This document shows, one piece after another, positions 35,653-47,904 of a DNA stretch of 64,000 bases. The stretch is from Piromyces finnis finn (lineage: Eukaryota; Fungi; Neocallimastigomycota). The stretch is taken from NCBI GenBank assembly GCA_002104945.1, contig MCFH01000022.1, positions 62,001 through 126,000 of the forward strand. Reading direction: 5' to 3'. A program made the position numbers and the translations under genes. The stretch's first letter is position 1; every line of letters begins with the position of its first letter. The notes under the pieces are model-generated. The model did no database searches. It worked only from the letters and a program-made list of their open reading frames with translations, and was not told where the DNA came from.

Positions 35653-35983
35653 AGAATGAAAAAAAAATGAGAAAATTATTACAATACAAAATTACTTCAA
35701 TTTAACTCATCACATTTAAAAATTGAAATTTCAAAAATTTTTATATTCACTATTTTTTAATTATAAAATTTATTTTTCAGCTTATTATTATTAATATTTT
35801 TAATATTAAATTTTAAAAAAATTTCAAAAAACATAAAAAACCCTTTAAAATCAAAATTTCAATTATGACAGTTGTACAACATAAAAAATTTCAAAAACAC
35901 ATTTTGTATACAATACATATATGTATTTCATAACAAAATTTCATTTTTACCAATTTTTGACAACTTTTGAAATTTCGCGAAAT

Positions 35984-36489
35984 TGTAAAGAACTAATGTT
36001 CAATAAATAAAAACACAAATATATAAAAAGGAAAATAATAAAAGCAAATAAAAATTTTATTATTGAACACTTAACAAAATTATAACAGGTTAGTGTTTAA
36101 TAATTTTATTTTTATTATAAAATTTCTTTGTTAATAAAAACTCGAATTCAAAATAATTTTTTGAGAAATTTCACTCGTATTTATATAAAAATTTTTAAAA
36201 GTAAATTTATAAAAATTTTACAACTTAATTTTTTAAGCCAATCAGAAATTATCTTCTTTGGTAAAATTTCGTTATAAAATATTTTAATAATTAAAAAAAA
36301 GATATTAATGAGGTTTCGAACTCGAGTAGTTCAAACCAAGGTCTTAGTTACTAACCACTAAGACAGGTTACTAATTTCTATGATTCGTTACATGGTCCTC
36401 CTCCAGGATTCGGATACCAGACGAATCAACTAAATTTATTTGTTACTTTATTATAAAAGAAATAATTGAAACGAGTGAATACATTTTGA

Positions 36490-36533
<44 letters not shown>

Positions 36534-39500
36534 TGAATATTAAATTATAAATATATTTTTTCATTTTCTATTTTCTATTTTCTATTCTCTTTTTCTCTTA
36601 TCAATTACTAATTTTTTTTTAAATTAATAACTATTACTAATGTGAATTATTAAAGTTTTTAATTAGTTCATCGCAGTTTAAATTACTTTCAGGTTCCCAA
36701 GATGCTTCTGAAAGCGGATAACCTTTCCATTTTATTAGATATTGAATCTTCCCATAATGCTTTCTTTTATCAAGTATTTCTTCTACTTCGTATTCTTCTT
36801 CTTCATTTACTATTATAGGTGGAGGTGGATCTTTGATTCTTCCAAAACTATCTTCATAATACGGTTCTAGGTTTGAAACATGAACAATTGGGTAAATCTT
36901 CAGCGATTTTGGTAATTCTAATTTATAAGTGAGATTAGAGATTTTACTAATTATCCTAAACGGGCCAAGTTTCCTAGGATTAAATTTTTTATTTCCTTTA
37001 TGAATTATCAAGGAGCTATCCAACCATACTTTGTCACCAGTCTTGAATGTCGGAGGTTCTTGTCTATACTTGTCGGCATATTTCTTTTGAACTTGGATGG
37101 CCTTCTTTAAGTTTTCTTTTAGTTTCTCCATTAGGTCTTCAAAGTCTCTTGTAAACTCTTCAGCTCTTGGAACATTCGTTTGGTCAGGAATTACCGGAGA
37201 GTATTTTGGGTGATAACCATAATTTAGGAAGAATGGTGAGAATTTTGTTGAGTCTTGAACAGCATTATTGTAACTGAATTCTGCCAATGGAAGAAAGTTG
37301 ATCCAGTTTGTTCCTTTATAATTAGAAAAGCATCTTAAATATTGTTCAACAACGGAGTTTACCCTCTCCGTTTGGCCATTGGATTGATGATGATATGGTG
37401 AAGAATATTTAACATTGACGTCCAAAGATTGACAAATAGATTTCCAAAATTTCGAAGTGAATTGCGCGCCTCTATCGGAAATAATTTCAGAGGGGAGACC
37501 GTGAATTTTGAAAATATAATTCAAAAAAGCAAAAGCAGTATCAGAAGCAGAAGGAATACCTTTAAAGGGAATGAGGTGGCACATTTTAGTAAGGCGGTCA
37601 ACTACAACAAGAATAGTGTTAAATCCATCCGAAGGAGGGAGGTCAGTAATGAAATCCATAGAAATAGAAGCCCAAGGATGGTCACTAATCTCAAGGGGTT
37701 GAAGTAAACCATATGGTTTATGACGAGAAGGCTTGGAGCGGCAACAAATCTCGCAAGATCGGATATAATTCTTAACATCAATAGAAATGGATGGCCACCA
37801 AAAGTCACGAGAGATCAAAGAAATAGTTTTGCGGATACCAAAATGACCGGCAGAGGGGGAATCATGACAGAGTTTCAAAACGGAGGGACGGCATTTTAAA
37901 GGGACATAGATTCTACTATCAAAAAGAAGAAAACTATTACTAAGGGAGAATTTATTACTTTGTGGATGTGGAGCTGGGAGATTCTTATTTTCAAGAAAAT
38001 TGCAAATGTCAATGTAAAAAGAGTCGTTCACATATTCAGATAATATTTCATCATTAAGAGAAGAAATGGAACAAATCAAAGCGCAGAAATTCTCAGGGCG
38101 TAAAACCGAAAAAGGAGCATCAGAAGGAAGAGAGGAATCCATATAATCAGGTCTTCGTGAAAGCGCATCAGGTTTACCATTAGATGAACCAGAGCGGTAG
38201 AGAATTTTAAAGTTAAATTCGGAAAGGAAAAGGGCCCAACGAACAAGACGTTGTGACATTTTTTCCGGTTTCTTTTGATATAGTAAGTTTCGATGATCTG
38301 AATAAATAGTAAACGGGGTTAAAGCACCTTTGAGAAAATGTCGCCAAGTTTCAAGAGCATTAACAATAGCTAAAAGTTCTTTATCGTATATAGGATAGTT
38401 TCTTTCAGCGGAAGTAAGAGATCTTGAATAGAAAGCGACAGGATGGATCATTTTATCATCAGGAGATTTTTGAGACAGAACTGCTCCTATAGCAAAGTTG
38501 CTAGAGTCGGTTTCAACAATAAAGGGAAGATCACGATTTGGGTGAGACAGGATGGGAGCAGATGAAATTAATGATTTAATGGTATTAAATGCATCAAGAG
38601 CTTCAGAGGAAAAATCAAATTTAACGTTTTTACGAAGTAGTCTGTGAAGGGGTTGTGCAACTTTGGCAAAATTAGGAATAAACCGACGATAGTAGTTGGC
38701 TAGGCCAATAAAAGATTGAACTTCCTTGACACTGGACGGAACTGGCCAATTAATAATAGCAGAAACTTTATTGGGGTCCATATGTATACCTTCAGAGGAT
38801 ATCCGATGACCAAGGAAATCAATAGAGGAAACAAAGAATTCACACTTTTCAAGCTTAGCATAAAGACCAGCATTTCTTAAGCGATCCAGGACTTCGATAA
38901 CGTGCTTAATGTGGGATTTATGGTTTTCAGAAAAAATAATTAAATCGTCAATATATGAATAAACAAAAATCCCTAGAATATTTTCCAGAACATCATTGAT
39001 AAAATGCTGAAAAACAGCCGGGGCGTTTTTCAGTCCGAATGGCATTACCAGGTATTCAAAGTGGCCGAATTTGCAGGTGAAAGCTGTTTTATATTCATCA
39101 CCCTTTTTGATTCGGACCAAATTATATGCTGATCGTAAATCCAATTTTGAGAAGATTTTCGCTTTACCAAGATGCTCTAGCATATCTTGAATCAGAGGTA
39201 GAGGATAGGAATCTCTAATGGTAATTTTGTTGAGTTCCCTATAATCTTGACAAAGACGGAGTTCACCATTCTTTTTAGGAACGAAAAGTACAGGCGCACC
39301 AGCAGGAGATTTGGATTTCCTAATGAAACCCTTTTTGAGGTTTTCATCGATATAATCCTTCAAAACTCTTGTTTCTTCGTCTGTTAGTGGGTAGATTGGT
39401 CCATAAAATAGCTTGGCATTTTCGATTAGGTTTATTTGGCAATCATAAGGACGATGAGGTGGTAATTGAGCAGCAGAAGATTCGCTAAAGACGTCCATAT

Positions 39501-42112
39501 ATGATTCTAATTCCTTCGGAAGTTTAGTAGTAGGATTTGAGTCTTTAAAAGAGTTTTTTGGTGAACAAGAATCAACTTTAGAAAGAGATATATTAGAAGC
39601 CATGACAGTACAAGTCTCTTGTGATAAAGGATCGTTAACAGATTCATTGTTAATTAAGACAGATTTAGAACGATTTTCTTTGGGATTACGAGAATGAGAT
39701 AAATTAGAATTTGAAAAAGAAGATTTAGGTTTGTCAATAAAAATAGGCAAAGAAACGGAAGAAGAGTTATTGCAATCAGTAGAAAAAACAGAAGTTTCCT
39801 GATGGAATTCGGGAACATTCGAAGGGAGAGTCATACAATGATCCAAGCAATATGAAGAACCAAAGGATAATTTATTATTTTCAAAGTCAATACTTGGATT
39901 ATGTTCCTTAAGCCAACGTAGACCTAGAATACAAGGATATACAGGTAGATCAGTAACGTAAAAGACAGTACGGCATAGGTGATCCATGTAGCGAAGATTA
40001 AGAAGTGGAGTAACTCCGAACAGTTTTTGGCTACCACCAATACCGAATACGTTGGGTAAATCTTCTTCATAGTGGTAGGGAATATTGTGATCGTTGCAAT
40101 AGTCGACATCTATTAGATTAAGTGTAGAACCGGAGTCTATAAGAATTTTTGTGTCTAGTTCAAACGATAATTTAAAATTTGAGGTTACCCTATCTTGTTG
40201 ATTTTTCTTGGAATTGGTAGAATTATTTTGTAGAGAAACTAAAGATTCGAATGCTGAGTTTTTATTTCTTCTCTTATGACAATCTTTCAGTTGGTGTCCT
40301 GGAGATCCACAATAGACACATAAGTTTTCCTTACTTCTTCTTTCTTTTTCTTCCTTGGATAACGGACCAAAGTATCTTTTCTTCTTGGGATGTTCTTTTA
40401 GATTTGTGGAAGCCTTTCTGGAGCCATTGCTGGAATTAGAACTTGGTCCCTTAGTATTTTTGTCAAAAAATAATCCCCTGGTAGCAAGTCTGGAGTCTAT
40501 TCTAGCTGCAATAGTTTGGAGGGAAAACAAATCTCTTGGTCCTGGGAACATCTCTAATATCTTCATTGCAACTTCTTGGTTGAGCCCAGCGATAAAAGCA
40601 TCCATCTTAGCCTCTTCATTCCAGTTAGATTCATCAGAGTATTTGTTAAATTCAAGGATGTATCCTCTGATGCCGCCCAAACGATGTTGCTTGAGAGTAC
40701 GTAGCATTTGATTGGCTACGTAGACTGCATCATTGTTCCCGTAGAATGCCTTTAGTCTTTCCTTGAATGCTTGGTAGTTGGTCAGACATGGATCATGGTT
40801 GTCAATAAGCGTAGCGGCCCAATTTAATGCATTTCCATAAAGGCGAGAAATCAGGTAGATAACCTTGCTCTCTTCATCTTGATATCTTTCGGGATAAAGG
40901 AGAAAAACAAGTTCTATTTTGGCTAAGAAACCTTTGAGATATTTTCTGTCTCCTGCGAAACCGTCTTTTAGTGAGGCGTTATCAAATATTTGTCCTTCCA
41001 TTAAAATTAAAAAAATATAATTGTTTGAAAATAAAAATTATGTAAATAAGATAAAGTTATGTTTGAAGAAATTAAGAAAGAAAAAAAAAATTAAATCTTT
41101 ATTATTATTTATTGATTAAAATATTTTAAATATAGACAAAGAGTCAAATTAAATAGTATTGGACCATCAAATATTTAATTTTATTAGTATTCAATACTAG
41201 GTCCCTTGTAGCTCTTTGTTGATAACGTAGATATTATCAATTGTTAATATTGGAAATGAAAATTTTCAATAAAAGGAATTAACGGTATTAGTTTCTTTAT
41301 TGTCACTTACTTAATTAAGCGGAAAGAAAAAAAATAGGTTTAATTCCCCGATTATTAATAATATCTAAACAACAAAGTATTACGTATAGGTGTCCAACTA
41401 TCCACGCTAAGGGAGGTATTGAATCCTAACTTCTTTGTTATTTTAATATTTTTTCAAAAATAATAAATAAAATTTAATTTTATTTATTAAAAGTAGAAAA
41501 CGTTTTATTAGAAAATGAATTTTTTCTTTATTATTAAATTAAGCGTCCTGGCGCTCCCCTTATAATAACTGTGGGTTTTACTTTTGTTTTCAGTACCCTT
41601 ATTGTTAAAATAAGCTTCACTGACTTACTTAATTTTTTAATAAATTAAAAATTCTTCCTTTTTTAAACACTAAGGTGTTATTATATATTTTAGGAGTTTT
41701 TATTGTAAAGAACTAATGTTCAATAAATAAAAACACAAATATATAAAAAGGAAAATAATAAAAGCAAATAAAAATTTTATTATTGAACACTTAACAAAAT
41801 TATAACAGGTTAGTGTTTAATAATTTTATTTTTATTATAAAATTTCTTTGTTAATAAAAACTCGAATTCAAAATAATTTTTTGAGAAATTTCACTCGTAT
41901 TTATATAAATGTTTTTAAAAGTAAATTTATAAAAATTTTACAACTTAATTTTTTAAGCCAATCAGAAATTATCTTCTTTGGTAAAATTTCGTTATAAAAT
42001 ATTTTAATAATTAAAAAAAAGATATTAATGAGGTTTCGAACTCGAGTAGTTCAAACCAAGGTCTTAGTTACTAACCACTAAGACAGGTTACTAATTTCTA
42101 TGATTCGTTACA
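35984..42112 (-). mobile_element. Full-length chromovirus element C (LTRs 35984-36392 and 41704-42112, 409 bp), nested in the 3' UTR of D
   Basis: TSD GAAAT on both sides. LTRs differ at two adjacent bases as far as seen. PPT and upstream hairpin are identical to B. Confidence 0.95.
36637..41001 (-). CDS. Element C single gag-pol ORF with canonical chromodomain
   Basis: 1454 aa uninterrupted: [53 protein letters not shown]. Confidence 0.95.
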   Translation of the reverse strand: MEGQIFDNASLKDGFAGDRKYLKGFLAKIELVFLLYPERYQDEESKVIYLISRLYGNALNWAATLIDNHDPCLTNYQAFKERLKAFYGNNDAVYVANQMLRTLKQHRLGGIRGYILEFNKYSDESNWNEEAKMDAFIAGLNQEVAMKILEMFPGPRDLFSLQTIAARIDSRLATRGLFFDKNTKGPSSNSSNGSRKASTNLKEHPKKKRYFGPLSKEEKERRSKENLCVYCGSPGHQLKDCHKRRNKNSAFESLVSLQNNSTNSKKNQQDRVTSNFKLSFELDTKILIDSGSTLNLIDVDYCNDHNIPYHYEEDLPNVFGIGGSQKLFGVTPLLNLRYMDHLCRTVFYVTDLPVYPCILGLRWLKEHNPSIDFENNKLSFGSSYCLDHCMTLPSNVPEFHQETSVFSTDCNNSSSVSLPIFIDKPKSSFSNSNLSHSRNPKENRSKSVLINNESVNDPLSQETCTVMASNISLSKVDSCSPKNSFKDSNPTTKLPKELESYMDVFSESSAAQLPPHRPYDCQINLIENAKLFYGPIYPLTDEETRVLKDYIDENLKKGFIRKSKSPAGAPVLFVPKKNGELRLCQDYRELNKITIRDSYPLPLIQDMLEHLGKAKIFSKLDLRSAYNLVRIKKGDEYKTAFTCKFGHFEYLVMPFGLKNAPAVFQHFINDVLENILGIFVYSYIDDLIIFSENHKSHIKHVIEVLDRLRNAGLYAKLEKCEFFVSSIDFLGHRISSEGIHMDPNKVSAIINWPVPSSVKEVQSFIGLANYYRRFIPNFAKVAQPLHRLLRKNVKFDFSSEALDAFNTIKSLISSAPILSHPNRDLPFIVETDSSNFAIGAVLSQKSPDDKMIHPVAFYSRSLTSAERNYPIYDKELLAIVNALETWRHFLKGALTPFTIYSDHRNLLYQKKPEKMSQRLVRWALFLSEFNFKILYRSGSSNGKPDALSRRPDYMDSSLPSDAPFSVLRPENFCALICSISSLNDEILSEYVNDSFYIDICNFLENKNLPAPHPQSNKFSLSNSFLLFDSRIYVPLKCRPSVLKLCHDSPSAGHFGIRKTISLISRDFWWPSISIDVKNYIRSCEICCRSKPSRHKPYGLLQPLEISDHPWASISMDFITDLPPSDGFNTILVVVDRLTKMCHLIPFKGIPSASDTAFAFLNYIFKIHGLPSEIISDRGAQFTSKFWKSICQSLDVNVKYSSPYHHQSNGQTERVNSVVEQYLRCFSNYKGTNWINFLPLAEFSYNNAVQDSTKFSPFFLNYGYHPKYSPVIPDQTNVPRAEEFTRDFEDLMEKLKENLKKAIQVQKKYADKYRQEPPTFKTGDKVWLDSSLIIHKGNKKFNPRKLGPFRIISKISNLTYKLELPKSLKIYPIVHVSNLEPYYEDSFGRIKDPPPPIIVNEEEEYEVEEILDKRKHYGKIQYLIKWKGYPLSEASWEPESNLNCDELIKNFNNSH

Positions 42113-42266
42113 GAAATGGCCATTTAAAATTCATTCCTCCATCCTCATGTGACCATTTCGAAATTTCAAAAATTTTGAAAATATTAAAATTTCAATATTT
42201 TAAATTCAATATAAGATATTCCACTATCAAAAAATTGTCTAGTATCCAATTTTAGTGGAAGGGCGT

Positions 42267-42912
42267 TGTCAAAATCACAATTCATGAAATTGACATTTCA
42301 TGAAATTTCATAATTTTGAATTATTAGTTAAATTAATTAAAATATTAATTTAATAATATTTTACTAATAATAGTTTATTTAATATAAATATTAATTGGAA
42401 AGCTATTTATTATCCGGAGATAAATAATGTAACAATTAATTAATATTAAACAAACCAATTAGTAAAATAAGATTCATTTAAATAATTATTAATATTATTT
42501 TTAACAACTTATTAATATCGATATCTAAAGAAAATTATATTATATTATTATTATATTTTATTAATATTTATATTTATATTTATATTATTATACATGTATA
42601 ACTTAAATTATATTATTATTATACTTTATTAATATCAACATTATATTAAAAATGAAAGTATAAATAAGTTGAACAAAGAACAACTTTAAGAAGTTCTTTG
42701 TGAGATTATTATACTCATTTTTATATAGTAAATTCAATATTTAAAATTAATAATTATCATTTATTTATATTATAAAAATCAAATAAAATATTTCTTAAAA
42801 AACTATATTTATTACTCTTTTATTTATAAAAATTTATTATTTACTATATAATTAAGCCTATCCTAACCTAGTAGACTTAATTATAGTTCTAAATCCACTC
42901 TAACTCTTGACA
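42267..42912 (+). mobile_element. Probable 3' LTR of element D
   Basis: Preceded by PPT GTGGAAGGGCGT (compare A). Starts TGTC, has TATAAATA and an A-like CTTTGTGAGATTAT motif, ends CTCTTGACA. Right boundary less certain. Confidence 0.65.
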
Positions 42913-42966
42913 TCGTGTTTATTCAGCTAGTTTTTATTATGTTTTTATATGAGTAACGTATCAATA

Positions 42967-43838
42967 TGTAAGAAATAATAATTATTTCAATCTAAATAAT
43001 TAATATTTCTTATTAGTTTAATAATTTAGTTAATAATATTTTATACACTTAAATTATTTATTTAATTTATTTAGTTAAATATAATGTATACATTCAGATA
43101 CTTTATTTAATTTATTTAGTTAAATATATTTCATATATTTATATAATTTATTTAATTTATTTAATTAAATAATAATTTGTTCATTTGATTTTTAAATAAT
43201 ATTTATATACAAGAATCCGTAATTTTACCCTTTAATTATATATTACTAATTAATTTACCTGTTATATCTAAACACGGATTTACTTTAGGAAATCGGTATT
43301 TTAAGGTTTTTCCGATTATTATTACAAATAATTGGTTTTACTTAAAATTTACACGATGACCAATATGATTAGAATATTGGTTGAAAACTTGTTTAGGTTT
43401 TTCTTCTAGTCTTTTCCTAAACATTTTATTTGTTAAGATTAGAACTCATTTATTTAACCTTATTTTTTAATAAAAATATAAATAAACACTCTTGAAATTC
43501 TTTAGAATTCAAGAGTTATTATTATAAGAAAAATTAATTATAATAAATAACAAATAATTTTATTTAATAAAAATTAATTAATAAAAAATCATATTATTAA
43601 TAAAACATAATTCTTATATTATACATTTTATTCTCATCCCTCTTCCCATTTGTGTTTTTTGTTGTTTATTATAAATCCTTATAATAAACTCGTTAAGTTC
43701 TAGTTTTTTAATTTCATATTTAATTTTTTATTATTTCTTTCCATATACATATAATTTAATATTAAATTTTAATATTGAGTTATCGACAAGTAATTATATT
43801 ATACTATTTAATATAAACATTATAATAAAATTACTACA
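42967..43838 (+). mobile_element. Family-E solo LTR, uninterrupted
   Basis: TGTAAGAA...TTACTACA with TSD CAATA (42962-42966, 43839-43843). Contains the shared core TAGGTTTTTCTTCTAGTCTTTTCCTA. Confidence 0.8.
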
Positions 43839-43877
43839 CAATAATTGATAAATAATTAAATTTATAAATTATGAATT

Positions 43878-43911
<34 letters not shown>

Positions 43912-44487
43912 TTAAAACACAGATAGTTAAAAATTAAAATAATTAACATGTATAAAATTATTAAATTAAAAATTATAAATGTAAACTTTTTTGTTTATTT
44001 AATTGTTTATTTATTTTTAAATTAAATAGTTTATATTTGTTTATAATTATACTTTAAAATAATAATTTTGTATAAATAGTGATAGAATTACTTTATTTTA
44101 AAAGATGTTCCTAATAATCCATAAAAATTAGATATAGTTATATTAAATTTATATATTATGGTTACTAATTATCCAAGAGAGAAAAATTAGATATTTATAC
44201 TTAATAAAACAATATTTATTTTACAACATTTATAATACATACTAGATGTATTAAATTTTAATTATTTAATAATACTAGAGTTATTAAATAATATGATAAT
44301 ATAATAATTTTATAATTAAATAAAATAACATTTTATATTAAAAACTAACACTTGCAAATGAACAAGTATAAAAATCATTTATTTTATTTTTATTTTCCTT
44401 ATTTTTATTTATAAATTTTTAGATACAGATATTATCACTTTTTATAGTAAAATATAGAATTAAGATAATATCCTCTTCGTATCATAA

Positions 44488-45119
44488 TGTAAGAAATTAG
44501 AATTAAACTTAAGTAATTCTATATTTCTTATTAAAATGTATACATTTTTCATGTTTTATTTTATTAATATTTTATAAATGTAACAATACTTATTATGTAA
44601 TATGTGTAATGTAAATTAAATTGTAGTTTTATTTTAAATTATATTAAACATTTTATTTAATTATTTAGTATATTTTATTATCTAAATTAAAATTAAAGTA
44701 AAATTGATAGGAACCGGATATTAAATATTTTTCCTATCACAAATAGATTTTGATTTAATTATTCGGTGATTAATAAGAATAGATTATTAATCGAAATCCT
44801 TCTAGGGTTTTCTTATCTAGTCTTTCCCTAGAAGATTTATTTGTTAGACTAGAAAATTCTTTAATTTAACCCAAAATTTTAAAATTCTTATAAATAAAAC
44901 AACTCTTGAATTTAATTAAAAAATTTAAGAGTTATTATTTTTTCTTTGTAAGAAAAAATAAACTCAAAACTTATTAAGAGAAAGTTTAAAAAAATTATTT
45001 TAAAAAAAAAATTATTATTCAATAATTTAAAATAAGAATAAAACAAAACATTAAAGATACGTATTACTCATTTTGTGAATATAGTTATATTATTATATTA
45101 CTTACAGTGTATTATTACA
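44488..45119 (+). mobile_element. Diverged family-E LTR
   Basis: TGTAAGAA start, E core and hairpin at 44790-44935, ATTATTACA end; no TSD. Confidence 0.65.
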
Positions 45120-45128
45120 TTGTAGTTA

Positions 45129-46345
45129 TGTAAAGTGGGCTAGGATTGGTATGTAACTTGGTCAGAATGTTTTATATAATATAACTTAATTTACTAATAA
45201 AATATTAAACTTATTTATTATTAAATCTTTTCTTCAAAACTTATTAAAGAATTTAAATAATACTAATTTAAAAATTAAATAGGTTTTTATATTTAAAATA
45301 AAAATTTTAATATAATTTAATTATGAAATTTGTTTATTAATTATTTATTTATTAAGATAATATTTATTAAGTTATATTATAATTAATAATTAATAATTAA
45401 TAATCTTACAAAGAATTTCAAAATTGATTTCAATTCTTTGTTTAAATACTTTTTCCTTACATATAATAAAATTACATTGATATTAATATTGATATTAATA
45501 ATAAAGATAAAAATAAAATAATTAAAATATTAATAATGGATATTGATATTAATAATATGAATTCATATGATAGATCTTAAGATTAATCTTTTAAATTACT
45601 TTTAAAATAAAAGTATTGTTTTAACCATGTTAAATTGTAAATATTTAATATTATAAATTGAGAATAACAATTACTGATACTAATTATATATTCTCATGAT
45701 TAATTAATTAATAATTATAACTAATGATTTTTGATCCAAAGGCTTTTTTGGTTTGATTATGATTGAGGTTATTAATCAAAATTATTTGAAAAATTATTAA
45801 TTAATTTTTATAATTGATTAGGTTTGTAATCAAGAATATTTATTAGCTAACCTTATTTAATAATAATGGAGAATTTTTAAATTGAATTATTTATAGAAAG
45901 TTGGATGACTTGAATAATGACTTTAATTATATAAATTAATATTAATCATTTTAATATATATTATTATATATTTATTGGAACTAATTAATTCTTTAAATAG
46001 CTATATCTCAAGAACTAGTGGTCTAAATTAGCTGAAAATTTGTGAGAATATAGATCTCGACTAGTACTTTCTAATAAAATTAATTTGAAGTCTCTAGAAA
46101 AGGAAAATAGGACACGAGATTAAGAAGTTATCGCTAGTTTCGTATAGCACATTTTCTTCTCAAGGGTTAATTTATTGAAAATTAAATTTTTGTGATCCTT
46201 AACCCTTTTCAATATTAAATTTTTCCAAGTGATCTTTTTAATTATTTTTAAAAGTGTTTTATACTTTTTGAAATATAAATTTGATTTTTAAGTTGTTTAT
46301 TTGAACATTTAATTTATTTTTTAATCGTCTTCTATTCTTGACACA
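45129..46345 (-). mobile_element. Solo LTR H (distant relative of A)
   Basis: TG...CA termini, GGTCAGAATGTT near the U5 end and GAAAAGGGGTTAAGGATCACAAAAATTTAAT near the U3 end as in A. Flanked by AGTTA on both sides. Confidence 0.75.
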
Positions 46346-46350
46346 AGTTA

Positions 46351-47343
46351 TGTTAAGTTTTTGGATTTGGTTATGCGGCCAGGTCAGAATGTTATCAATT
46401 ATATAGTAAATATGTTTTTTAAGAAATTAAATTTAATTATAAAATAACCCTTTAAACTTCCAAATGAAAAATTAATATTTATTCTTTAGAATAACTTTTT
46501 TATAAAATTTTATTTATTTATTAATAATAATATAAATGATAATATATTTAATAACTATATAATTAAGATTATAACTATAATCTTTACAAAGAATTAAAAT
46601 CAAATTAAATTCATTCTATTTTATATTCTTTGTTCAGATTATTAAATTGATAAAAATAAAGTATTACATGTAATATGTTAATAATATAATAAGATTGTTT
46701 GTTTGTTTGTTTGTTTTGTCATGACATAAAATAAAATAAACATATGATTAATCATTTAAACACTTGATCCATTAACCTATTTTATAATAATTAAAATTAT
46801 TTAATTTATAAATGTTAACTGTTACACCTAAATGGTTTAGTTCTATTTTTAGTAACAGTCACTATCATTAATTAAATTAATATAATTAGAATTTCTATTG
46901 ATATCTTTTTAATTTTCGTCAAGTTATAAGAAATGTCTATGATCCATACTTGATATCATATTAATTTTAATTTACTTATTAAAATCTTCAAATGATCATA
47001 TCTTCCTTAAATGACCAGTTAGAAGGACCGCGATTATACCAAAATATAGCTTTTCCCTTAAGCTTTCTAATAAACTTGGTTTCACAGCCGTAATACTTAC
47101 AGCCGTAGCACTCGTTTTTGGCGAGTTATGCGTAGTTTCGTATTTGTTTATTTTTGGCTAAGGGTTATAGTGTATTGATATTAAATTTTTTGAAATCATA
47201 ACCCTTTCACTGAACCAAAATTTAAAAGGTGACTTTTAAAGGTGTTTTAAAATAATTATTGGGATCATTTAATTCTAATTATTATGTTTAATTAATTATA
47301 GATATTACCTGAATTTGTTTTAAATCCAGTTAATATCTTCACA
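46351..47343 (-). mobile_element. Solo LTR of family A (diverged)
   Basis: Reverse complement starts TGTGAAGATATTAACTGG and ends CCAAAAACTTAACA. Flanked by AGTTA at 46346-46350 and 47344-47348. Confidence 0.9.
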
Positions 47344-47904
47344 AGTTAAGAATGTACATATAAAATTAAAATTATATATTAAATTCTTACATATAATTGA
47401 TACGAAGAAAAATATTATCTTAATTCTATAAATGAATATAGAAAGTGATAATATTTGTATCTAAAAAATAATATTTAATAAATAAAATTTAAAGAAAATA
47501 AAAATAAATGATTTTTATACTTGTTCATTTTCAAGTATTAGTTAGTTTTATAAAATATAGTTTATTTAATTATAAATTTTGATATTTAATAACTCTAGTA
47601 TTATTAAATATATATTTTATTATGAATACATCTCGGTATGTATGTGAATATAATTATAAGTATTATTTTAATAAATTTAATATTATTATCTAATTTTTCT
47701 GGATTATTAGGAACATTTTTAAAAATAAGTAATTCTATCACTATTTATACAAAATTATTATTTTAAGATATAATTATAAACAAATATAAACTATTTAATT
47801 TAAAAAGAAATAAACAATTAAATAAACAAAAAGTTTACATTTATAATTTTTAATTTAATAATTTTATACATGTTAAATATTTTAAATTTTTATCTATATT
47901 TTAA

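Larger units (their letters stand above)
43920..47900. repeat. Diverged inverted repeat pair (about 43920-44495 and 47385-47900)
   Basis: The reverse complement of the right arm matches the left arm over about 500 bp (e.g. GTATAAATAGTGATAGAATTACTT, GTTCCTAATAATCC, TCTTCGTATCA). Boundaries approximate. Confidence 0.75.
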
